DNA of 20,000 nt from Welwitschia mirabilis (lineage: Eukaryota). The stretch covers positions 17,295,526 to 17,315,525 of the forward strand of contig JBOZIK010000001.1 in the NCBI GenBank assembly GCA_051453625.1, read 5' to 3'. Each line of letters starts with the position of its first letter. The stretch's first letter is position 1. The translations under genes and the position numbers were made by a program. The notes under the pieces were generated by a model. The model was given only the letters and a program-made list of their open reading frames with translations, was not told where the DNA came from and searched no databases. Positions 9,601 through 20,000 of the stretch are shown one piece after another.

Positions 9601-12290
9601 GTGTTTAGGTCATGATGCATTATTTTCTAGGTTTTAAAAGCATACTTATGCTTTAATTCATGGAGCCTTAATTTTCACACCTTTTTTAATTATAATGAAA
9701 ATATGTTTTAGGGATTAACATTCTAAAGTAGTTATATGAGTTTAAAATCTAACTAAAAATGAAAGTAAATGAAAATAATATTATAAGAAATAAGTGTTAC
9801 TACTAAATATTTAAAAATGTATACAATTTACAAGATGGGTTATTAATCCAATTATATTGTCCTTAGTAACTCTTTTGTTTTAGATATATAAGCTTGGATA
9901 ATTATATATGATTAATTCCATTTATTTAGAGTAGTATTAATAATGAAATAGAACTTCTTCAAAATATTTATAGTAAATTTCCTTCTTTATCTGAGAAAAC
10001 ATATGAAGGAATCAAAAGATTAACTTTAAGGAAGCTAGTAGATGTAGATTGATTAAATTAAAAAACATTAGAGTGGATGGATTACTTTCTCAAAAAGAAG
10101 TTAAGGATAAAACTCAACCATGCATTAGAATTTGGATTAGAAGTAGAAACATATATTAACATGACTACTATATTATTTAAAAAGGTAAATAATAAATTTT
10201 AACTAAACTTAGTTTAGTTAAATTTTAATCCTTTTGTAAAACTCCTTTAAACTATCATTAAAGTAAAGATTTATAGTTGCATAGAGGAAAATAGACTTCA
10301 TGGTATTTCTCAAGAAGATTATAGCTAATATCATTCTATAGTGGATTNNNNNNNNNNNNNNNNNNNNNNNNNNNNNNNNNNNNNNNNNNNNNNNNNNNNN
10401 NNNNNNNNNNNNNNNNNNNNNATTTGATTTAACTACTGAAAATAAAAATTAATAATGATTATAGAATATTGAAGTTTTAGCAAACTTTATAATTTGTAAG
10501 TTATAAGCTATATAAAGAGGCAGATATGTAGCTTAAAAAAAAATGTAAAAAAAATCTCAGTAAAGAATAAGTTTTCACAAATTTATTGATGTTAAGCAAT
10601 ATTGCCCTCTCGATTCTACACTTTTTGAGATTTCTAGTGATGAACTAAAGGTTTGAATAAATAAAATCTCTCCTNNNNNNNNNNNNNNNNNNNNNNNNNN
10701 NNNNNNNNNNNNNNNNNNNNNNNNNNNNNNNNNNNNNNNNNNNNNNNNNNNNNNNNNNNNNNNNNNNNNNNNNNCAAACTTTATAATTTGTAAGTTACAA
10801 GCTATATAAAGAGGCAGATATGTAGCTTAGAAAAAAAGGAAAAAAATCTTAGTAAAGAATAATTTTTCATAACTTTATTGACGGTAAGCAATATTGCCCT
10901 CTCAATTATACACTTTTTGAAATTTCTAGTGATGAACTAAAGGTTTGAATAAATAAAATCTCTTCTAATCATTCTACAAAAATAGGAAATTATCCTATAA
11001 ATCACTTATTCTTTGTAGATGTGTTGCGCTAGCAACTTATGTATATTTAATAGCATTTTTTAAGTGGTTTTGCAGGTAAATAGATAAGTAAGTACTTGAT
11101 TTCCATGATAAGAGAGAGCTAAGATGAAAAGGATGGAAACATTCAAATCTCCATGATAATTTATAGCATTCTAAATAGATCTAAATTCTTAATATTTCTG
11201 AGGAAAAATTCTTATAAAACATTAAGGCTAATGTAATAATTGAATATTTATCAAAGACCATCATCCACCTCATCATTAGGATGACTATATGAATGACTAT
11301 GCCAACTTGATGCTAACTGTAGTCTATCTAGTAACTGATGTGGATGAATTATGAGGTGGCATTATCTCCTCTATCATTTGAATGGCTAGCTACATAACAC
11401 AATTGCAACATCTATATTGAACATTTATCAAAATTCTNNNNNNNNNNNNNNNNNNNNNNNNNNNNNNNNNNNNNNNNNNNNNNNNNNNNNNNNNNNNNNN
11501 NNNNNNNNNNNNNNNNNNNNNNNNNNNNNNNNNNNNNNNNNNNNNNNNNNNNNNNNNNNNNNNNNNNNNNNNNNNNNNNNNNNNNNNNNNNNNNNNNNNN
11601 NNNNNNNNNNNNNNNNNNNNNNNNNNNNNNNNNNNNNNNNNNNNNNNNNNNNNNNNNNNNNNNNNNNNNNNNNNNNNNNNNNNNNNNNNNNNNNNNNNNN
11701 NNNNNNNNNNNNNNNNNNNNNNNNNNNNNNNNNNNNNNNNNNNNNNNNNNNNNNNNNNNNNNNNNNNNNNNNNNNNNNNNNNNNNNNNNNNNNNNNNNNN
11801 NNNNNNNNNNNNNNNNNNNNNNNNNNNNNNNNNNNNNNNNNNNNNNNNNNNNNNNNNNNNNNNNNNNNNNNNNNNNNNNNNNNNNNNNNNNNNNNNNNNN
11901 NNNNNNNNNNNNNNNNNNNNNNNNNNNNNNNNNNNNNNNNNNNNNNNNNNNNNNNNNNNNNNNNNNNNNNNNNNNNNNNNNNNNNNNNNNNNNNNNNNNN
12001 NNNNNNNNNNNNNNNNNNNNNNNNNNNNNNNNNNNNNNNNNNNNNNNNNNNNNNNNNNNNNNNNNNNNNNNNNNNNNNNNNNNNNNNNNNNNNNNNNNNN
12101 NNNNNNNNNNNNNNNNNNNNNNNNNNNNNNNNNNNNNNNNNNNNNNNNNNNNNNNNNNNNNNNNNNNNNNNNNNNNNNNNNNNNNNNNNNNNNNNNNNNN
12201 NNNNNNNNNNNNNNNNNNNNNNNNNNNNNNNNNNNNNNNNNNNNNNNNNNNNNNNNNNNNNNNNNNNNNNNNNNNNNNNNNNNNNNNNNN

Positions 12291-15200
12291 CTCCTTTTAA
12301 CTTATCTCTTGTTGATGATGTTGAACTTTGTAACTTAAATGTCTATCCTACCTTTAGTAGAGAACTCGATGAAAATCCTTTACAACACATCACCAATATA
12401 GAACAACTTATTCTTCATTTTGAAAATAGTTAAAAATTATAAGTGATAGAACCTACATGATCATCTTCTCCATCACTTATGAGATAAAGCAAAATTATAG
12501 CTTAGAAAAAGTTTCCACAAGAGTCTAAAATCTTCGAGTCAAATTTAAGAAGCGTTTATTAAGAGATTTATGAGTTAAACCACCATNNNNNNNNNNNNNN
12601 NNNNNNNNNNNNNNNNNNNNNNNNNNNNNNNNNNNNNNNNNNNNNNNNNNNNNNNNNNNNNATTTGTTTCTTTACATTTAAATCTTATAGATGCCTTTTC
12701 ACAAGTAGAACTTATCAACTATTTTTATAATGGATTAAATAGTTACACAATGAAACTTATAGATCTTTCATATGAAGGAAACATATTAAACCAAATCCTA
12801 AATGATGCTTGAAAAGTATTGGAAGATTTATTTGAAGTGAGTCAAATAATGCCGAAATCCTTAGTTAGGGAAAATTAAACTATAGGCCATATTANNNNNN
12901 NNNNAGATCTAAAGGAGGTAAAACACGAGAAAAATAAAACAAGAACAAAAAATAAACCAACTAATGTTATAAATAATTTCACCTCTACCTTACAAAAGTA
13001 CACCCAAATGATTCTTGATGCTAAGGTGGCAACCAAAAAGAGTGAAGTTATAGTTCCTACCTCTGATTTGTGTGAAGATAGTTATCATGTTACTAAAGAA
13101 TGTCCTTTTCTTTTCACTTACAAAAATAAAACTTATGAGAAAGCTCGTGTCTTTAACTAGAAATCTTTAAGGTATAACCAATATCAAAATCAAAATCAAA
13201 GAAAAGTTCAAAATCATAATAACTTTCAACATGGGATTAGTGAATAACCTAACTCTAAAATTTTTAAACACACCATCCTAATTTCTAACCTTTTAAAAAN
13301 NNNNNNNNNNNNNNNNNNNNNNNNNNNNNNNNNNNNNNNNNNNNNNNNNNNNNNNNNNNNNNNNNNNNNNNNNNNNNNNNNNNNNNNNNNNNNNNNNNNT
13401 GCCTTTAACCAAAAATCTTTAAAGTATAACCAACATCAAAATCAAAATCAAAGAAAAGTCTAAAATCACAATAACTTTCAACATAGGATGAGTGAATAAC
13501 CTATCTCTAAAATTTTTAAAGACACCATTCTAATTTCTAACCTTTCAAAAAATAGATTTGAGAACTCAAACTTTTCATCTAATAACTCAAATAACTTGGC
13601 AAGCTTATTCAACTTCCAAAACTATAGTGATCCTCTTAGGAATTCCATTGAGAAGTTGAGAAAATCATTAAAAAAAAAGACAGACTTAAACATTGAAAAG
13701 ACAAATATCAACATTTAAAACCTTGTGCGAATCCTACAATAAACTATGCTTGCCAATCAAATATCACAAGGGTCTCTTACCACTTAACCTTTACTTAATC
13801 CAAATGAAGTTATAAAAGATTTTAAGATGATGATAAAAAGTGAAAATGATACAACTCTTTCTACTCATGAGGCTTAGAAAACCATTCTTTCCCTTCTTCA
13901 TTAAGTAACAAAAAGAAATATCTTTCACAAAAAAACCTTCTACCTCATGGCTTGATAGGCTTAACACAAACCCTATTTTTAATGATCATTTAAAAGACTT
14001 AATAAAAAATGTGAGTATTAACTTACCATTTTGGAAACTTTTACAAAAATAACCCAAGGTATTCTAAGGTATGGAAAGACTTAATAAGAAGAAAACAAAA
14101 GTAGATATTCCTAGTAAATTCTTTCTAGCTCAATCCATTAGCAATTTGATTTGCTAAAAATGTCTAAAGTTTAAAGATTTGGGAGCAACAACTATGAGCA
14201 TCACCTTAGAAGGAAATCATATAATAAAGAAAGCCTTGATATATATTCTAGCTAGTGTCAACATTATATCCTTGCACATTTGTCAATGTCTTAGTTTTAA
14301 AGAAAGAGTAGAACCTACATGAATTATCTTAGAGTTAATTGATACTTCTATAAAGAAACTATTACATGTGATCAAGGACTTGGTTATCTAAATAGAAAAA
14401 GCTTGCTACATCATTGATGTTGTAGTTTTAGAAGTTAAGAATATGATGGATATTCTTTATTTCTAGGTAGATATTTCTNNNNNNNNNNNNNNNNNNNNNN
14501 NNNNNNNNNNNNNNNNNNNNNNNNNNNNNNNNNNNNNNNNNNNNNNNNNNNNNNNNNNNNNNNNNNNNNNNNNNNNNNTCTATTCATGAGGCTTAGAAAA
14601 CCATTCTTTTCCTTCTTCATTAAGTAACAAAAAGAAAGATCTTTCACAAAAAAAACCTTGCTACCTCATGGCTTGATAGGCTTAACACAAATCCTATTTT
14701 TAATGATCATCTAAAAGACTTAATGCAAAATGTGAGTATTAACTTACCATTTTAGAAACTTTTACAAAAATAATCCAAGGTATTCTAAGCTATGGAAAGA
14801 CTTAATAAGAAGAAAACAAAAACAGATATTCCTAGTAAATTCTTCCTAGCTTAATCCATTAGCAATTTGATTTGCTAGAAATGTCCAAAGTTTAAAGATT
14901 TGGGAGCAACAACTATGAGTATCACCTTAGAAGAAAATCGTAGGATAAAGAAAGCCTTGATATATATTCTAGCTAGTGCCAAAATTATGCCCTTGCATAT
15001 TTGTTAATGCCTTAGTTTGAAAGAAAGAGTAGAACCTACATGGATTATCTTAGAATTAATTGATACTTCTATGAAGAAACTATTACATGTAATCAAGGGC
15101 TTGGTTATTTAAATAGAAAAAGCTTTCTACATCATTGATGTTATAGTTTTAGAAGTTAAGCACTAGGGTGGATATCCTTTATTTATAGGTAGATCTTTCT

Positions 15201-18200
15201 GTGCAATAACCCACTATATCATAGATACAAGAATTAGATTGATAAAGTGTTATTTTGAGAATAAACAATTTTCAATAAGAGTTTTTGATGCGGTTGAAAA
15301 CGATTTAGGTAATGATTTGAGTGTGGAGGAATAAATTAGGACAATTCTATTTTTACAATACCATTCACTTGAGGAAAGATGATTCATGCTTTACAAACCA
15401 ATCCTATTTAATGATAAATTAGAAGTAAAATATCTATATGTTTTTGACGATTAACTATAATTTGATCATCCCACAACTGTGTTTTCTAATTTAAAGAGTA
15501 GAGAGTCTGATTTTGTTAACTGTGTAGAACTCCAAGAATTTAGTAGACCTAAGATTTGTTATTTTAAGGGTAGTTGTCCACTACTGACATCCAAATGATA
15601 GTTTAAAATGACAATCTATTATCTTAAGAATTTTCTAAAAACTAAAAATCTGAGCTTAAACCTGAACTTAAAACCTTTAGATAATGGACTGAAATACATT
15701 TTCCTAAATAGTGACTTGAATAGACCTTTGATTATCAATAAAAACCTTATCACATAATAAGAATTGAGTCTCATCTCTCTTTTACAATCTAATGTAAATG
15801 CATTTACTTGATCTCATAATAATTTAACAACTATACCCATTGCCATTATTCAATGTAAAATATACCTAAAAGAAAATGTTAAACCTGTGAGAAAACCCTA
15901 ACATAGACTAAATATAGCCCTTAAATAAATTATAAAAGATAAAATCATAAAATTAATAAATTCTGGAATCATTTACTTCATTACTAATAGTGAGTGGATT
16001 AGCCCCTTGATGGTAGTTCTTAAAAAGGATGGGAAATGGTGTATGTGCATAGACTTTCNNNNNNNNNNNNNNNNNNNNNNNNNNNNNNNNNNNNNNNNNN
16101 NNNNNNNNNNNNNNNNNNNNNNNNNNNNNNNNNNNNNNNNNNNNNNNNNNNNNNNNNNACCCACTTTCATTATTCAATGTAAAATCTACCTTAAAGAAAA
16201 TGTTAAACCTGTGATAAAACCCTAATATAGACTAAATATAGCCCTTAAATAAATTGTAAAAGATAAAATCATAAAATTAATAAATTCTAGAATCATTTAC
16301 TTCATTGCTAATAGTGAGTGGATTAGCCCCTTGATGGTAGTTCTTAAAAAGGATGGGAAATGACAAATGCGCATAGACTTTCAAGAACTAAATAAAGTAA
16401 CCAAAAAAGATCACTGTCCTTTGGTTTTTCTTCATCATATTCTTGATAGGTTTCATGATCATGATTTTTACTATTTTCTTAATAGTTATAGTGGTTATAA
16501 TTAGGTTTGCATTGCTAGTGAAGATTAAGCCAAAATTCCTTTTAATTATTCTTTTGGTACTTTTAGATGCATGTCTTTTTTTTGTAATTCTTCCAGTAAT
16601 TTTTAGTGTAATATGATGAGTATCTTCTNNNNNNNNNNNNNNNNNNNNNNNNNNNNNNNNNNNNNNNNNNNNNNNNNNNNNNNNNNNNNNNNNNNNNNNN
16701 NNNNNNNNNNNNNNNNNNNNNNNNNNNNGTGTGCTATGATGGGTATCTTCTCTCATATACTTGAGGATTCCATTGAGAGTTTTATGAATAACTTCTTTAC
16801 TTATGCTAAAACTTTTGAACAAATTTTAGATGAATTAGAGAAATTCATAGACTATTACATTTCTAATGGCCTTTACTTGAGTTAGGAAAAGAGTCTTTTT
16901 CTTGTAGAAAGTGTAATTGTTTTAGGTCATCATATCTTTTGAGAGGGAATTAGAATGGAAACTTCTAAAGTTGGTATGATTCAAAACTTGAGTTCTACAC
17001 ATGTTAAACATGTCCTATCTTTTCTTGGTTATTGTGGTTTTTACCATCGGTTCANNNNNNNNNNNNNNNNNNNNNNNNNNNNNNNNNNNNNNNNNNNNNN
17101 NNNNNNNNNNNNNNNNNNNNNNNNNNNNNNNNNNNNNNNNNNNNNNNNNNNNNNNNNNNNNNNNNNNNNNNNNNNNNNNNNNNNNNNNNNNNNNNNNNNN
17201 NNNNNNNNNNNNNNNNNNNNNNNNNNNNNNNNNNNNNNNNNNNNNNNNNNNNNNNNNNNNNNNNNNNNNNNNNNNNNNNNNNNNNNNNNNNNNNNNNNNN
17301 NNNNNNNNNNNNNNNNNNNNNNNNNNNNNNNNNNNNNNNNNNNNNNNNNNNNNNNNNNNNNNNNNNNNNNNNNNNNNNNNNNNNNNNNNNNNNNNNNNNN
17401 NNNNNNNNNNNNNNNNNNNNNNNNNNNNNNNNNNNNNNNNNNNNNNNNNNNNNNNNNNNNNNNNNNNNNNNNNNNNNNNNNNNNNNNNNNNNNNNNNNNN
17501 NNNNNNNNNNNNTTTGAACAAATTTTAGAATAATTAGAGAAATTCTTAGACTATTACATTTCTAATGGCCTTTACTTAAGTTAGGAAAAGAGTCTTTTTC
17601 TTGTAGAAAGTGGAATTGTTTTAGGTCATTATATATTTTGAGAGGGAATTAGAATGGAAATTTCTAAAGTTGGTATGATTCAAAACTTGAGTTCTACACA
17701 TGTTAAACATGTCCAATCTTTTCTTGGTTATTGTGGTTTTTACCATTGGTTCATTCATGATTATGCTACTAAATGTAAATCCCTTCACTCATTACTATAA
17801 AAGAAGCTAAATTTGAATGGAATGAATCTTATTAACTTACTTTCGATAGGCTTAAACATAAATTATCTTATGCTTCTATAGTAACAAGACCCAATTGGGA
17901 ACTTGATTTTGAGCTTATGTATGATGTGAGTAACTTTGTTGTGAGTGGGATTTTTTGTTAGAAATATGAAAATGATTTTAAAGTTATATCTTATCATAGA
18001 AAATTTTGTCTAAATCCCAAATGAACTACACCACTACAGAGAAAGAGATGCTAGCCATTGTCTTTTGCCTTGATTCCCTTAGACATTATCTTTTGGGCTT
18101 TCATACTAATGTTTGCACCAATTATGCTGCCATGTATTACCTCATAAACAAGAAATATTCTAGTGCACATTTAATTAGATGGATCCTTCTTATGTAAGAG

Positions 18201-19676
18201 TTTAACTTGACCATCATAGATAAAGCTGGAAAGCATAACTATGTTACTAATCACTTATCTCGACTTCCTTATTCTCCAGATAACTCTATTATTGATGATT
18301 CATTTCCTAATGAGCAGCTCTTCACTATTTCTTCTTCTCATCCTTCTTCTTAATATGCAGATATTATGAACTATCTTATAACCATAAAAACATCATAACA
18401 TTAGATCTATAATTAATGTAAATTATTTCTCCAAATGATAGGTGACTATAAATGGATTGAGTCACATTTGTATCATAGGTATAAAGATTCAATCCGAGAA
18501 AATATGTGCTTGATTAGGAGATACCTGAGATCCTTCATCTTTCTTATAGTGGTATTCATGGAGAACATTTTAGTAGGTATAAGACTGCAATGAACATCCG
18601 ACATTCTAGTTTTTACTAGCCTTCTCTTTTTCATGATTCTTTTGATTTAGCTAGAAGGTGTAATCCTTGTCAATGTTATGGGTAGCCTTGTTTGTTTATA
18701 GAAAATGCTCCTGAGATATATTCTTGAGTATTAGCCTTTTAATTATTGGGTTATTAATTTCATAGGCCTTATTCATCCATCTTGTTTTAATAAAAAGTAC
18801 ATTTTGGTGGCTATGCAGTATGTGATTAAATGGGTTAAAGCCATACCTGCTTCTTTAAATGATGCTTAAAATATTTGTCATTATTTAGAACTTATATATT
18901 TTAGATATTTAATTTTCCTAGAATCATCATTAATGATTGGAGTACTCATTTCATTAATTAAATTTTTAAAAAACTTATTTTGTCTATTAGTATAGAATAT
19001 AGAGTAGCTTGTGCTTATCATCCTCAAACTAATGGACAAGCTGAAAATGCCAATAAAGAAATAAAGAAAATGTTATAAAACTTGTTTTTATTAATAAAAA
19101 GTCTTGGGATTTTAAAGTTAATAATGTGCTTTGGGCTTATCATACTATTTGGCTTACTTCTCTTGGTTTTTCACCTTATGAACTTGTATACGTTAAAGTT
19201 TATATCTTATCGGTTGATATATATTATAATTATTATTATGTATCTTATTAATTTAATCTTGTTGATTTTCATGAAAACCTTAAATATAGATTAGACCAAT
19301 TAGACCATCTTGATAAACAAAGAATTTATAAGATACATCATCAATTAATTCATAAAGCCCAAGCAAAGTTCAAACAGGATAAAAATATTTTTCATAAAAA
19401 GTTTGAATTTGGTAAACTTATCTTGTTATATAACACTATAGTTCATCTTTTAAATAATAAGTTAATATCTAAATGGTTAGATCCTTATCTTGTAGAGAAA
19501 GTACATCTTAATGGCTCATTAAGATTTTAGAGTTAGAGACTAGAAAGATTTAAAAGGTTAATGAGTAATGATTGAAATTATATGAAGGATCTTTAGATGC
19601 AACCATAAACATGATAGAAGCACTTGTTTTGGAGGTTCCCATCAATGAGGAGAACTTCCTCCCTATCATTATCTGA
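12291..19676 (+). mobile_element. Decayed Ty3/gypsy LTR retrotransposon internal region, Athila-like (gag-PR-RT-RH-INT)
   Basis: gag: YPTFSRELDENPLQHI (~12344), YFYNGL (~12720), knuckle remnant LCEDSYHVTKECP (~13068). Protease: KFKDLG..KALIYILASVN (~14166, again ~14887). RT: SEWISPLMVVLKKDGKWCMCIDF (~15989), FMNNF (16781). RNase H: NYTTTEKEMLAIVF...LIRWILL (~18024). Integrase: YHPQTNGQAE (~19016), SKWLDPY (19468), KVNE**LKLY (19554). The domain order is gypsy-type. No LTRs identified. Confidence 0.92.
13860..15197 (+). repeat. Apparent ~620-bp direct duplication across a 100-N gap (13860-14478 vs 14579-15197)
   Basis: The two blocks align co-linearly with scattered substitutions. The same pattern occurs at 10481-10674/10775-10966, ~13148-13299/13400-13550, 15835-16058/16159-16382 and ~16813-17054/17513-17754. 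Probably an assembly overlap of divergent copies. Confidence 0.85.
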
Positions 19677-20000
19677 GTTCTTTATTAGCTTATGCCTTTG
19701 ATTGATATTATGATTTTATCTGATCATCTTTCAAACTTAACTTGTGTATTACTTTATGAATTTTCATGAATAGTTTTATACTTGGGAATATACAAGTGGT
19801 AATATTAGATTCACCTAATCTTGAGACATTATCATATTTATGGACTTCATTTGAAGGAAGATGCCTTGATTTCTTGTGTTTTTTTTTAATGGTATCAAAG
19901 TCTTAGATTATTTGGGAGTGTTATTTTCTGTCTTTTATCTCACTTATTCGTCTTTGTCTTTTTGGAATGTGTGATCATCTAGGAATGTTTCAACAAAAAA

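Noticed and set aside
10198..10222. Perfect inverted repeat tttaactaaact-t-agtttagttaaa
   Set aside because: Short, very AT-rich and isolated; no TIR/TSD structure or miRNA-length hairpin.
5027..17533. Long ORFs full of X in the ORF track (e.g. 11417-12433, 6182-6871, 16955-17533)
   Set aside because: They are open only because they run through N gaps; not evidence of genes.
19082..19294. Hydrophobic 70-aa ORF that could suggest an env-like membrane protein
   Set aside because: It lies inside the integrase region, in AT-rich decayed sequence where I/L/F/Y-rich frames arise by composition.

Overview
Eukaryotic (land-plant) draft-assembly DNA: AT-rich, with GT-AG introns and many N gaps. It holds one host gene, a minus-strand PBS1-like receptor-like cytoplasmic kinase (RLCK-VII). 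Its three 3' exons are clear (2805-2616, 2516-2125, 2019-1612); the two 5' exons are only partly visible, running into gaps (from 5388 down and from 6248 up). The rest is decayed transposon sequence: a hAT transposase C-terminal fragment (~430-600), a small gag-only Ty1/copia LTR element inside the kinase's large intron (~3050-4837), a 5'-truncated L1-type LINE ORF2 (from ~7382), and an Athila-like Ty3/gypsy gag-pol relic (~12291-19676). Several gaps are flanked by overlapping but diverged copies of the same sequence, which suggests two haplotypes or homoeologs were stitched together. I found no convincing novel biological system. The most interesting points are the gag-only intronic element, the altered AvrPphB-site motif of the kinase, the C>T/G>A decay pattern and the mosaic assembly. 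All family assignments come from hand translation and motif recognition, not database searches.
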